The position numbers were made by a program, and so were the translations under genes. 64,000 nt of DNA, taken from Octopus vulgaris (Eukaryota). This document shows, piece by piece, positions 14,304 through 28,697 of this stretch (positions within the stretch are counted from its first letter, which is position 1; every line of letters begins with the position of its first letter). The notes below the pieces were generated by a model, which did no database searches, was not told where the DNA came from, and saw nothing but the letters and a program-made list of their open reading frames with translations. The stretch is from the NCBI GenBank assembly GCA_951406725.2, contig OX597831.1:33914001-33978000 (forward strand), read 5' to 3'.

Positions 14304-14480
14304 CAACCGATGCTGGTGTGTATACGTCCCCGTAACTTAACGGTTCGGCAAAAGAGACCTGATAGAATAAGTACTAGGCTTACAAAGAATAAATTTGGTG
14401 TCGATTTGCTCGACTAAAGGCGGTGCTCCAGTATGGCCGCAGTCAAATGACTGAAGCAAGTAAAAGAGAGAGTAAAGAGT
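14304..14480 (+). mobile_element. SINE family B, 3' half
   Basis: caaccgatgctggtgtg...gactgaagcaagtaaaagag matches the family tail. Confidence 0.8.
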
Positions 14481-14527
14481 ATATATATATATATAAAGAG
14501 GAAAGAGAGAGAGAGAGAAAGAGAGAT

Positions 14528-14578
<51 letters not shown>

Positions 14579-14674
14579 CAATTCTGAAGAACAGATATTC
14601 TACTGTACAGTACCGAGTACAGTATATTTCCGTCTAATAGCTATTCATATTAAACGGTTCCATTATCTAATGCT

Positions 14675-14817
14675 TTTTTTTAAAACCGGGTACTTACTCA
14701 ATCAACCTTTCGCCGAACCGCTACGTTACGCGAACGTAAACACAGCTACACCGGTTGTCAAACGGTGGTTTGGGACAAACATGGACACGATTTCACAAAC
14801 GCTCATAGATATGTATG

Positions 14818-14861
<44 letters not shown>

Positions 14862-14863
14862 AG

Positions 14864-14894
<31 letters not shown>

Positions 14895-15045
14895 ATAGAC
14901 GTCAGGCTACTTTCAGTTTCCGTGATTCAAATCTACACACAAGTCTATGGTAGAAGACACTTGCCCAAAGTCCCACGCAGTGGGACTGGACCCGAAACCA
15001 TGTGGTTTGGAAGAAAACTTCTTACCACAACCCATTCCTGCTCCT
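14675..15045 (-). mobile_element. SINE family B, diverged, internal (TG)n
   Basis: gccgaaccgct, agaagacacttgcccaa and cacgcagtgggactg motifs. Confidence 0.75.
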
Positions 15046-15510
15046 TTCTTAAAATTTTCTTAGGAAGAAACAAATTTAATGAATCACACAGAAAGAATTC
15101 TTCACTGTTTCAAATTTAGCTGCCGTAAACATTTTGTACCTATCCACCTAATCTCCGCCTCCGTGACGCCGTATTGTAAACAATAGTCAACATTTGTTGG
15201 TGGAGCTGTTTTGCAGAATTATTAGAGGAAAATTAGATTTTGTTGCGAATCTGTGCGTTCTGTTTTGTATTACACTCGAATAAATTTGACGGTTTATTTA
15301 AATTTCGCAGCATTGAATTCTGCTTAAGTTTATAGAATGTGTGAAGAGGAATATAATAGTAAAAATGTAGTCTATATACCATTCCTGAAGGGTATTTCAA
15401 AAAAAAAAAGTAACAAAAAAGTCTTGAATAGGAAAAAAAAATCTGTAGCAGCTAAATTGATACTTAAAAACTTTGTACACCCACGTGGCCTACACACACA
15501 CACACAAACA

Positions 15511-15591
<81 letters not shown>

Positions 15592-15791
15592 GTGTAATAT
15601 ATATAAATATATATATATATATATAGTGTGTGTGTTTATATATATGTATACGTACATACACACACGTGCACATAAATATTTGTTATAATTGTCTGTCATA
15701 TAATTTTTCCTAAAGAGATAAAAATGGAATTCAATTATGAATATGTCACAGTAAATATAATATATGTTTGTATATATATATATGTATGTGC

Positions 15792-15839
<48 letters not shown>

Positions 15840-15954
15840 AAATATATATATATATTCTAAATATATGTCTATATATACATATATATATATACACGCATAT
15901 ATATGTATACATATATAATGTATATACATATATATATACACATATATATGAATG

Positions 15955-16636
15955 TTTCTCACAGACACAGACACACACATACATTTTGGCACAATCTCTT
16001 CCCTTACAAGCTCATATGCACATATACATACATACATACATAAATACAAATGACACCCGCCAGCATACATACATGCAAACACACACACACACACACACAG
16101 ACACACACACACACACACAAACACTCGCACACTCACACACACACACACATACACACACGCACACACACATGTTTGTATACAAAATATTTTTTTAAAAATT
16201 CAAGTCAAACACCGGTAAATGGCAAAAAGCAATGTTCTGTTATGAATGCTACGTGTCAAAATCATGAAGAATTCTGAATTTTTTCGTGTTGCAGAGCTGT
16301 AAACAGCTTGTTGAAAAATGTCAGGCTCTTGCGTTTGTTACTTACAATACGCTTCGTTTATCTGTAGATACTAATAGCAAGGACTAACGGCATTCTCGTT
16401 ATCAAATCTACTTAAGGAATTCTAAACAGGTTCTTGACTCTTTCGTGAAATATGAAAAATGGCATATACAATCGATGTGATATTTAAAGATATTGTATGG
16501 AATATTCATATTTTTCTCAGACACAGACACACAGACACAGACACAGACACACACATTCTGGCACGATCTCTTCCCTTACAAGCCCATATGCACATATACA
16601 TACATACATACATACATACATACGTACGTACGTACG

Positions 16637-16667
<31 letters not shown>

Positions 16668-16780
16668 GTACGTACATACGTACGTACATACATACATACA
16701 TACATACATACACACATACATACATACATACATACATATATAAATATAAATGACACCCGCCAGTATACATACATGCGTGC
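15955..16780 (+). repeat. Local direct duplication (15955-16077 / ~16512-16776) with differently expanded microsatellites
   Basis: Shared ggcac(a/g)atctcttcccttacaagc and aaatgacacccgccag. Confidence 0.85.
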
Positions 16781-17039
16781 AAATACGCATTATACGCAAT
16801 ACATATTACAGCTGAGACGTAACTAGTTAACTAGTTCGGTTTGTGAGAATATAATCATCACCGGTTCGTACACCTGGAGCAATACGTTAGACACATATGT
16901 ACATGTGAGTGTATATATGTATGTACGTACGTACGTACTTACGTATATATGAATGTATAAATGTATGTACGGATGTGCGTACGTATGAATATATGTATTT
17001 TTGAATGTATGTACGTATGTATGTATGTATGTATGTGTG

Positions 17040-17132
<93 letters not shown>

Positions 17133-17711
17133 GCCCGTCCGTCTGTCTGTCTACTTCAATTCCAGTAATTACCGGGTACATATTTATCGTCCCCCGAAAT
17201 GATGCAAAAGAAAATCGACCTTGTTGGAATTTCAAGTCAGAATATCAACACAGACGAAATGCTGCTAAGCAATTTGAAAGGGAATTTTCTGTTACACGGT
17301 TCTCCAAAGACTTCCAACAATCTTATAATTATTTATCCCCCCTCGCCCACCCCCAAAAAATCATTCAATGTTCACCGACAATAATAATAGCTTTTTATTG
17401 AGTCCGCGAACGCGTTTCCCTCGTCTTTGTTGTCCTTTTACGCCCTCCGTCTCGCGCCTCTTCACTAATCGCGCTAGCCCGTACAGTCCCGCTCCTTGCC
17501 GACGTCCACGTCGCGAACAGCAACAGGTTCGTTCGTTCGCTCGTTCCTTCGCACGCTCGGACTCATCGCTTCTGCCCTGCTGTCGCTGCCGGGACGCACC
17601 AGCTAGAATTGCATTGAAAGGACCATACTCTCATATAGCTTACATATGTGTGTGTATTGTGCGTGCGTGTGTGTGTGTGTGAGTGTGTATGTATGTATGC
17701 GTGTGCGTGCA

Positions 17712-17770
<59 letters not shown>

Positions 17771-18787
17771 ATATCTATCTATCTATCTGTCTGTCTGTCT
17801 GTCTGTCGGTCTGTCTGTCTGTCTGTCTATCTGTTTGTCTATCTATCTATCGCTCTGTCTCTCTCTTTGTATGTATGTATGTATGTACGCATGTATGTAT
17901 GTATGTATGTATGTATATATATATATATATGTATATACATATATATGTATATATATATGCAAACACATACATACATACGTATATACAATCATACATATGA
18001 ACGTGCACACATACAGATACACACACACACACACACACATTTATAACCGACTTTTTCCCCAATTAAATGTCGAAAATATTTTAATGTTTCTCTCTTTGAT
18101 GGCTTCATATAAATTTTTTCTCAGCTTTTTTTTTTATTTTTACCATTCTGATTACCTCATCATTGGTTTTCTATTCAGTCCAAGACATTCTCAAAATCGT
18201 CAATATGCCAATATCTTACAGGCTTCTGATCTATTGATAACGCTTTTGTTAATGACCGCGTTTCAGCTCGATATAACAGAAAGGACCATACATAACATTT
18301 TAATAATCTTATTCTATTTTCGATGTGAATTTTCTTTTTTTGTTACCATGCTTAACATATTTCAGATTTTTTTTTCAAATTATATTCCAGCTATCTTGAT
18401 TAAAACATCTTTTTGATTTCTGCATCATACTTATAGTTTTATGATTTCATGTAATCCACGTATATTCAAATGCTGCATGTGTGTGCGTGTATGTATGTGT
18501 GTATGTATGTATGTATGTATGTATGTATGTATGTATGTATGTATGTATGTAGGTATGTATGTATAGGGGGGGAAAACATACGCCACAGAAACCGGGAAAC
18601 CGATCCCATGATCCTGGTTAGGCTTGAAAAGGGCGCATAAAAAATGTATGTATGTATGTATGTATGCATGCATGCATGCATGTATGTATGTATGTATGTA
18701 TGTATGTATGTATGTATGTATGTATGTATGTATGTATGTATGTATGTATGTATGCATGTATATATGTATGTATGTGTGTATGTATGT

Positions 18788-19078
18788 AGGTTAGGGCAGC
18801 GGACTCGCGATCGAAGTATCGCAGTTTCGATTCCCAGACCGGGCGTTGTGTGTGTTTATTGAGCAAAAACACCGAAAGCTCCACGAGGCTCCGACAGGGT
18901 GTGGTGGTGACTCTTGTTGTACTCTTTCGCCCTACTTTTTCTCACTCTTTCTTCCTGTTTCTTGGGTAACGCTGCGAAGGACTGGCGTCCCGTCCAGCTG
19001 GGGGGAAAACATACGCCACAGAAACTGGGAAACTGGTCCCATGAGCATGGCTAGGCTTGAAAAGGGCACATAAAAAAT
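18788..19078 (+). mobile_element. SINE family C within (ATGT)n
   Basis: ggttagggcagcggactcgc..gtttcgattcccagaccggg..ggactggcgtcccgtccag; its 3' ~80 bp is repeated at 18566-18645. Confidence 0.8.
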
Positions 19079-19589
19079 GTATGTATGTATGTATGTACGT
19101 ATGTAAGTAAGTAGATAAGTAAGTAACTAATTAACTAAGTATGTAAATCTTCCTTAACCTTTGTTGGGACGAGAAAGACTGGTTAACAATAGTACATAGA
19201 GCGTCTTCTCGTTAGAAACCTCCACCAATATAAGGGGGAAATTTGTGGAGTTCGTATAAAAGGTATACAGTTTCCTGATCAGTGATCTGGGCTAAGTTGG
19301 ATGAGCCCGTAACATCAAACTGATTATCGTTTCTTCGAATTTCCATAATATATGAAGAAACTCGTATGCACACACATACACACATATATACAGTTATTTT
19401 TACACACACACACACACGCACACATATATAAATGTTTCTATTATGCATAGTGATACTTATCACCAAGCATTTTAATGGCTCCGAGGAGGCTAAAAGATGT
19501 TGCAGAAGCACTCATATATGAATGCACAGCTTCTTATAGCAGAAACAGCTGTTAACTAATGGCAGTGCTCAAGTAACTCATGTTGTTTT

Positions 19590-19910
19590 TTTCTTTGAAG
19601 CCGGGTACTTATTCTATCGCTCTCTATTGCCGAACCGCTAATCTACGGGTGCAGAAACACACCAACACTAGTTGTCAAGCGGTGGTGGGGTACAAACATA
19701 GATACAAATGCACACACACACACGTATATATATATATTGATATGTGACGCGCTTCTTTCAGTTTCCTTCTTCCAACTCGGCTCACAAGGCTTTGGTCTTC
19801 CCGAGGCTATAGTAGAAGACAGTCGCCCAAAGTGCCAGGCAGTGGGACTGAACCCGAGCCATGTGATTGGGAAGCAAGTTTCTCACCACACAACCATGTC
19901 TGCTCCTATG
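19590..19910 (-). mobile_element. SINE family B, diverged
   Basis: Same motifs in reverse orientation. Confidence 0.75.
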
Positions 19911-20329
19911 ATTGAATATATATACACATTTATATGTTGTGTACATGTTTGCATGCACATAGATAACACACTATACATATACATTTATAATCAATTTGTG
20001 AGATATGAATGAACTATAGAAAGATGAGTTAACATTAATTGTCATAAGAATGACAAAACAATCACGTGATATAATCAGTGATGCCAAATGTTCTTCACGC
20101 TTTACTGAATAAGGTTATTCAAAAATTTTCTTTGAAAACACCGACATTGGTTTTGTTGATTCATCTATCGCATTGTAGTGCTTCTATTTAAAGCAGTCTA
20201 CCATTGTACTCAACTTTCAGTTATGTAAATTTTAAAATTAGTCTTACGTTATGAAACCACATGATGGAAAAATACCCACACGCACATTCACGCACGTGCA
20301 AACACACACATAATATAATTGCATGTTTC

Positions 20330-20540
20330 ACATTTTGGCACAAGACCTGCAATTTCTGGGTTGGGGGTAAGTCGATTACATCAACCCCAGTTGCGCATCT
20401 GGTCCTTATTTTAATCGGTCCTGAAAGGGTGACAGGCAAAGTGAACCTTGGCGGAATTTGAACTCAGAACGTTAAAGACAGCCGAACTAATGCTAAGCAT
20501 TTTTCCCGGCGTGATAACCACTCCGCCAGCTCACTGTCTT
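20330..20540 (-). mobile_element. SINE family A, diverged monomer
   Basis: Same family motifs. Confidence 0.75.
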
Positions 20541-20574
20541 ACAAATATACTATAATTATTGAAGAGTGATTTGG

Positions 20575-20860
20575 GTAGGCACGTAGTCTAGAGGTCGGAA
20601 TTACGATCGCTAGGCTAGGTCACGGGTTCGATTCCCGGATCGGGTGCTCCGTTGTGTTCTTGAGAAAAACACTCCATTTCACGGTGTTCTAGTTCAGACA
20701 GCAGTAAATAGGTAACCCTGTGAGGCAATAGACTTTGAGTCTGGGGAATATTGGTCTGCTTACCTAGCCAGCCTGGTTGAGTCATTGGAATACTAAAACA
20801 ATGTAAAGCGCATTGTGACCAGTGATATATAACAAAGATGGTAGTCTGGTCGATACCGTG
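20575..20860 (+). mobile_element. Old tRNA-derived SINE related to family C
   Basis: B box gggttcgattccc, gtgttcttgagaaaaacact, tail tgtaaagcgcattgtgac. Confidence 0.55.
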
Positions 20861-21030
20861 AATTAGGGAATAAATGAAGCGTACATGTTCGTATGTGGGT
20901 GCAGATACAAAAAGAACACGTTAAAGGACTATATATATGTGTGTGCGTATGTATGTGTACATATACATATACCTACCTACATTCATAATATATATATACA
21001 TATATATATATATAAAAAAAAATATATATA

Positions 21031-21339
<309 letters not shown>

Positions 21340-21346
21340 GCATGTA

Positions 21347-21822
21347 TAGGCGTGGCTGTGTGGTAAGAAGCTTGCTTCCCAGCCATGTGGTTCCGGGTTC
21401 AGTCCCACTGCGTAACACCTTGGGCAATAGTCTTCTACCATAACCTCGGACCGGCCAAAGCCTTGTGAGTGGATTTGGTGGACGGAAACTAAAAGAAGCC
21501 TGTCGTATATATATATATATATATATTCTGACACAAAGACACATACGCAGATACACACACATGCATGTAAATATATATCTGCGTCTGTGTCTTTGTGTCT
21601 GCGTTTGTCTCCTCTCATCGCTTGATAACCGATTGACTGTATTTACATCCCCGTAACTTAGCGGAACATTAGCGGTTCAGTAAAAAAGTCTGGTAAAATA
21701 AGTACTAGGCTTAAGAAATAAGAGCTGGGTCGATTTTTTTTGATTGAAAACTTTCAGAGAGGCGCCCCAGCATGGCCGCAGTCAAATAACTGAAACAAGC
21801 AGAAGAATCAAAGAACGAAAGA
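21347..21822 (+). mobile_element. SINE family B
   Basis: Matches 12671-13103, including the internal microsatellite. Confidence 0.85.
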
Positions 21823-22029
21823 ATATGCATACATACAGCCATAGTGTTTGTTCCTTGTTTAGGTCTTTAGAACTGAGAAACTGAGAGATGCGTGAAATAA
21901 ATCATTGTTAACGTTTTAATTCGATCTAGAGAGAAAGCTGTAATTAAAGCATATGAATATTTTGTTAAAACTTCTTTGGGTAGAAACCTCCAAGACAGCT
22001 CCTGGTACTCAATCCCATGTCTTTAATAA

Positions 22030-22142
22030 GGATGAAAGGCAAAGTCGACCTCGGCGGAATTTGAACTCAGAACGTAAACGCAGACGAAATACCACTAAGC
22101 ATTTCGCCCGGCGTGCTAACGATTCTGCCAGCTCGCCGCCTA
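22030..22142 (-). mobile_element. SINE family A head
   Basis: Close match to family consensus, ending gctcgccgcct. Confidence 0.85.
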
Positions 22143-22410
22143 ATATCCTGGACTACATTGCGCGATGAATGGATCCTTTTTTTTTTAAACAAAGTTTATG
22201 GGAGACACACTTGGGATTTTTAGCCGGTTGAACGACGAGGAATGGCTCTTTCATTGGCATATTAATGATCACCTTCATTATATCTTATTTAAGTCACTCT
22301 TGAAGATTGCTCTCCACCAGCCCTCTCTTTGATAAACCACACTCTCGATAGGATATCCACACTACCATGGATATATTGTCAAAATTAAATCTATAGAACC
22401 AATCAACCAA

Positions 22411-22698
22411 ATGTTTGTTGTTTGTTCCTTCTCGAGTCATGCCTGGTTTCTTGGAGTATAGGTTCCCCACCTGGACGGGGCGCCGGTCCGTCACAGGTAA
22501 ACTGCAAGATGTAGGAGAAAAGAGTGAGAGAAAGTTGTAGTGAAAGTGTCAGCAGAAGTTCGCCATTACCTTCTGCTGGAGCCGCGTGGAGCTTAGGTTT
22601 TTTGCTCATAAACACACAGATCGCCCGGTCTGAGATTCGAACCCGCGATCCCTCGACTGCGATTCCGCTGCTCTAACCACTAGGCCATGTGCCTCCAC
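22411..22698 (-). mobile_element. tRNA-derived SINE family C (V-domain-like), full length
   Basis: Minus strand: A box tggcctagtggtt, B box gggttcgaatctc, and a V-like gacggaccggcgccccgtccagg. Confidence 0.8.
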
Positions 22699-23095
22699 AC
22701 CAAATGTTCATACTCGACATATCTCATTATCTACTACTCAACACACTATATTCCATGGTAATGTGAAACATATTCAGTCATCCAGTAATTTTCTTCGAAT
22801 TCAATGATAAATCTAGCAGTTAATATATCTACTTCATCTCTTGATAGAAAGAAGTTTCACACACTCTCACACACACACACACACACACCCCACACACACA
22901 AACAAACAAGCAAACAAACACACACAAGCCTAATTATATAGAGCTTTCAAACCTGATTTTTTTTCAACTACATATTATTTTATAAATGATTTTCTATCAG
23001 AAACAAGAAAGTACCTGTGACCCTCGCAGGCTTTTTTTTTTTTTTTTGCTATAACCAATTTTGTTCTGTTTCTTATTTTCGTCCCTTTATTTTAT

Positions 23096-23157
<62 letters not shown>

Positions 23158-23283
23158 CTCTCTCTCTCACTCCTTCACATTCTTTTTTTTCAATTAAATA
23201 TAATCTGTCTCTATATCTATGTTCTGTATACTTGAAGACAGTCTCGTCGTCGATTTAACTCTATTTCTAGTTGTGATGAGACA

Positions 23284-23326
<43 letters not shown>

Positions 23327-24005
23327 GTGTATGTATGTATGTATGTATGTATGTATGTATGTATGTATGTATGTATGTATGTATGTATGTATGAATGTAT
23401 GTATGTATGTATGTGTGTGTGTATGTATGTATGTATGTATGAATGTATGTGTGTGCATGTATGTATGTATGTATGTATGTATGTATGTATGTATGTATGT
23501 ATGTATGTATGTATGAATGCATGTAAGTATGTATGTATGTATGAATGTATGTATGTATGTACGTACGTATGTATGTATGTATGTTTGTATGTGTGTGCAT
23601 GTATGTATGTATGTATGTATGTATGTATAAATGTATGTATGTATGTATGTATGTATTTATGTATGTGTGCATGTATTTATGTATGAATGTATGTGTGTTT
23701 GTATGTATGTATGTATTTATGTATGTATGTATGTATGAATGTATGTATGTATGTATGTATGAATGTATGTATGTATGTATGTATGTACATATGTATGTAT
23801 GTATGTATATATGTATGTGTGTGCATGTAGGTATGTATGTATGTATGTATGTATGTATGTATGTGTGTGTGTACGTATGTATGTATGTGTGTGCATGTAT
23901 GTATGTATGTATGTATGTATGTATGTATGTGTGTGTGTATGTATGTATGTATATATGAATGTATGTATGAATGTATGTGTGTGTGTGTATGTATGTATGT
24001 ATGTA
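23284..24005. repeat. (TAAA)n followed by ~680 bp degenerate (TATG)n
   Basis: Direct reading. Confidence 0.95.
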
Positions 24006-24198
24006 CATTTATATTCGTAATAACCTCTATTCTTTTGCCTAAAACTTCTGTCGTCTAGTTGTTTTCTTTTACATGAGTTTTTTCTTTCATTCCTTCCTTC
24101 TTTCTTTCTTTCTTTCTTCCCGCGCCATTCTTTTTAATTGCGTGTGTACATATATGTGTATATGTACCTGCCCACGCGCGCGCGCACACACACGCACA

Positions 24199-24245
<47 letters not shown>

Positions 24246-24254
24246 ATTTATTCT

Positions 24255-24609
24255 TTTATTCTTTTACCTCTTTCAGTCTTTTGACTGCGGTCATGCCGGA
24301 GCACCGCTTTGAAGGGCTTTAGTTGAACAAATCGACCCGAGGACTAATTTTTTAAAAGCCTAATTTCTATTCTGGCTGACCCTTTTTGCCGAACCACTAA
24401 GTTACGTGGACGTAACCCCCCCACATTAATAATTATATGTATACACGACGAACTTCTTTCAGTTTCATTCTACCATGTCCACTCACAAGGCTTGGTCGGC
24501 CCCACGCCATAGTAGAAGGTGCATGCCTAAGATGCCACGTAGTGGGAGTGAACCCGGAACCATGTGGTTGGGAACCATGCTTCTTTGCACAGTGCCTCGC
24601 CTGCGCCTA
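24255..24609 (-). mobile_element. SINE family B, internally deleted
   Basis: Tail ttcagtc..tgactgcgg and head cccggaaccatgtggttgg. Confidence 0.75.
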
Positions 24610-24636
24610 TCAATCAATCAATCAATCAATCCATTC

Positions 24637-25770
24637 CGCGTTGCTCTCAAGCAACTCTGCCGTCCTGGGTCGACCTTGAGTGACTTCAACACAACCAAAG
24701 CATTCTATAGGGGATTAGTGGAGGGGAGGTACGACGACGAGCTCGGGGCGAACCTGGACGTCGACGAGGAGTACCTGACCCACCTGTTCAGTACGACTTT
24801 CGGGCCAGGGCCCATGGGCAACTTCCAGAGATCCCTGGCCTGGCAGTGCTACCGAGAAGCGCTACCAGTTCGGGATAAGCTCTACAGACACGGCTCGAGA
24901 AACACGGGGCCGACCTGCCCGAGATGCGGTCAGAGCGACGAAACCGTTCTGCACGCACTCGTGCAGTGTCCAACAATTTCCGACCTGTGGGCTTATGTCG
25001 AACGACTGCTGTCACGTGTGGGACGAGTCGGTTTATAAGCTGAGTCTATCGTCAATATTGTCACGCCTCCTTCCTTCAAACGGGAAGGAAGAGCTATTTT
25101 CATCATCCTTGTGGCTATGGCGAAATAATGTATCTGGTGGACGCGTCTGAAAGGATTGGAGACAAACACTTTCCTCTCTGGTCAATCTCTCATCAACTTC
25201 TTCAAGTTCCACTTGAAAAGGAAAGTGAGAGTAGAGAGGCAAGTTTTGTCTAGCGAATGTTTTAAGAAAAGATGGGTGAATGTAGCAAGGATGGCACGTA
25301 TGAATGAAGAAGCCACCTTGAGCATAATCCTATGAACCCAGAAATTGAAAACAGAGGGTTACCCACTTGCAAACAAGTGTGGTAAAATATAACAATATTG
25401 ACCAAGGTTACCGTGGTCGTTTTCGTAGGCTTTTCTTCCCACGGATAAACCTTACTTGCTTTCCCCTTTACACCATATATCATAACACTGTGATACACGA
25501 TCCCTATTGATCGTTCTTTTTTTCCCCTTTTTCTTCTTTTTTCATTTATCTTTTCTTTTGTTCCTTTTCCTTTTCTTTTTTTTTCTTTTTTTTTTATTTT
25601 ATTTATTTTTTTGTTCGTTTCTTCCCTTTTACGATCCCTCTTGATCGAAAACCTACGCCACCCCTTTTTTTTTGTTTATTTTGTTTTTTGTTTTTTCATC
25701 CCCTAAAAGAAAAGCTCTACCTTGTAACTTGTCCCATCTGTGTGCAGCCCTGTGTGGCCAATAAAGAAAC
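24637..25770 (+). mobile_element. 5'-truncated Tx1/L1-like LINE (zinc-knuckle C-terminus plus 3' UTR)
   Basis: Translation LAWQCYREALPVRDKL..CPRCGQSDETVLHALVQCP..LW (zf-RVT/CCHC type). T-rich 3' UTR ending ...gtggccaataaagaaac, then (TCTA)n; 5' flank is (TCAA)n. Confidence 0.85.
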
Positions 25771-25828
<58 letters not shown>

Positions 25829-25859
25829 GTCTTTCTATACTAAGAATTATCAGTACTTA

Positions 25860-26285
25860 AACGAGTTGGCAGAAATGCTAGCACGCCGGGCGAAATGCTT
25901 AGTGGTATTTCATTTGCCGCTACATTCTGAGTTCAAATTCCGTCGAGGTCAACTTTGCCTTTCATCCTTTCGGGGTCAATTAAATAAGTACCATTTATTT
26001 TCTGAGATTTTACAAAAGCCACCAAAAATTGGTGGGGTCGAATTATCGACTTAATTCGTTTGTCTGTCTTTGTTTGTCCCCTTTGTGTGTAGCCCCTTGT
26101 GGGTAGTAAAGAAATAGGTATTTCGAGTGTCTTTACGTTCTGAGTTCAATTTCAGCTGAGGTCGACTTTGCCTTTCATCCTTTCGCGGTCGATATATTAA
26201 GTACCAGTTTCGTCCTGGGGTCGATCTAATCGACTGACCCCCCTCCTTCAAAATTTCGGGCCTTGTGCTTAGAGTAGAAAAGTAT
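25860..26285 (+). mobile_element. SINE family A dimer
   Basis: Two core units joined at aaagaaatag|gtatttcg. Confidence 0.82.
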
Positions 26286-27480
26286 TTAAACATAATATTC
26301 AAACATATTATTTTGCAATTAACTATAATACTGCTATCTCAACAAAGACCGCATTAAAAGATCACTCTAATTATTTTGGCGATCATATTTCTTTGATATT
26401 GCTTTTCCCATAAAAATATCTATTCTGAAAATATCATCATTTTAATTAATGACTATTTTATCAACTAATCGTCAGTTTCTGTTGATGTGTTGTTACCAAA
26501 TTAAAAAAGATCCTTTAACTGATATGAAAGTTATTTTTTGCTATTTACACATTCAAGTAATTATCAGCTGCTCCGATGTTGTCTCAAAATACCAAATGAT
26601 TCCTCAAATGATATGGAACTTGCTTTTTCTTTCTAAGCCCCCATCAAGTAATCATAAATTCTTAAGGCGGAGTTGTAACTAAATTAGTAAGATCATTTAA
26701 ATGATAGAGAGACGTTCTTTTTGTTTTTTATTGTTTAGCCTAAGGTCAGCTATGACTGAATAGAACCGCCATGAAAAGCAATTCTGAGCTATTCAAGATG
26801 TCCGAACACGAAGTCGTTTTCTTACTACTTTCCTCCTTCTGTTAATTTTTTGATGAAGATCAAGCGTCCGAAACGTCAATACAATTTTCCTTCCTTTCAA
26901 GCGTAAAACATATACGCTATATTTATTCAAACTTCTCCCACCTGTGTAGTTTCCTTTTGGTGCTCAATGCTTATTATCTGTCTGTCCCTCTGTCTGTCAG
27001 TCTGTATGTCTATTCATCTATCTATACATACATATCAATATATATAGGCGTACATATATGTGTGTATGCAGTCATGTATGTATGAATGTATATGTGTTTG
27101 TTAGCCTATTTATGTACATATATCAACGGAGCATTTAACAGAGAGAAGAAATTACTTGTTATTAGAATTTGAATACCCTAGAGGGAACTTGCGTCTACTA
27201 AATGCTTGGATAAGTTTTTCAATAAACTGTATTACATATATGAGAATCTAGCAAAATTCATTAAACAAATCATTTGATGAAAAGTAGACTAGTCACGATT
27301 AAAAATGAAAGACATGTTTATTTTTCGTCAATATATCACAGATGGCATCATCCAATGCGACATTACTTAATCTACAACGATCAAATTAGTTTCGAGGGAG
27401 ATTTAACTACTATTTTTATAAAAAGACGAGCAACCTTCTGTTAACGCCACTTAAATATTTTTAAAAAATGTACTTGTTTC

Positions 27481-28100
27481 AAGGCAGCGAACTGGCGCGC
27501 ATTTTGCACGCCAGGCAAAATTCTTAGCGGTAGTTTGTCTGCCGCTACATTCTGAGTTCAAATTCCGCCGAGGTCGACTTTGCCTTTCATCCTTTCGGGG
27601 TCGATTAAATAAGTACCAGTTACGCACTGCGGTCGATATAATCGACTTAATCCGTTTGTCTGTCTTTGTTTGTCCTGTCTGTGTTTAGCCCCCTGTGGGT
27701 AGTAAAGAAACAGGAATTTCGTCTGCCGCTTCGTTCTGAGTTCAAATTCCGCCGACGTCGACTTTGCCTTTATCCTTTTGGGGTCGATAAATTAAGTACC
27801 ACTTACCGACTGGGGTCGATATAATCGACTTAATCCCTTTGTCTGTCCTTGTTTGTCCCCTCTATGTTTAGCCCCTTGTGGGCAATAAAGAAATAAGAAT
27901 CGTGGGCACGTTGAGAATAATGCTTTGTGGAATTCGATCTGTCGTCTTTACGTTCTGAGTTGAAATTCCGCCGAGGTCGACTTTGCTTTTCATCCTTTCG
28001 GAGTCGATACATTAAGTACCAGTTTCGTACTGGAGTCGATCTAATCAACTGGCTCCCTCCCCCAAAATTCTAGGGTGATGTGCCTAGAATAGAAAAGAAT
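27481..28100 (+). mobile_element. SINE family A trimer
   Basis: Three core units; the last ends in the cccccaaaatt..tgtgcctagaatagaaaagaat tail. Confidence 0.85.
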
Positions 28101-28697
28101 AGCGTTAGTTGAGCAAACTGAACTCGTTCCTAATTTTTTTGAAAGTTCGATACTTATATTATCGTTCTTATTTGCCCAACCGCTAAGTTAGAGAAATGTA
28201 CACAAACCAATGCATGTTGTCAAGCAGTGACTGGAGGACAAACGCAAATACACGCATACACACATATTTGACAAGCTTCCGGACAGTTTCCTTCTAAACT
28301 TCTTAATCGTTACAGACTTGCCCACGCTAGGTATTTTGAAATTACTTAAAATAGAAAACGTTATATTAAATGTTTTTCTAATAATAAATTTCCAGATAAG
28401 AGCGTATCAAACGAAGAGACATTAAATAAATTGATATTAGTCTTTATTCGGCTTTGTTGCACCCACTACTCTTATGTTTTACTTTTTTGAATCTTTTCTG
28501 TTGCGAATGTTTTCTTGTCTTGCCTTTGTCGTAAAATTCACTTTTTATCTCATTTGATTTCATGATAATTTCCGTCCTTTTCATAGACATACATACACGC
28601 ACACATGCGCGCGCATATAAACATACATACATACATACATACATGCATGCATATATATGAATTTCTACAGATCGATATCTTTCTTCTTTTTTTTTCT

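Noticed and set aside
22620-22698. Possible tRNA gene
   Set aside because: A/B boxes continue into a SINE body present in several copies; no proper acceptor stem.
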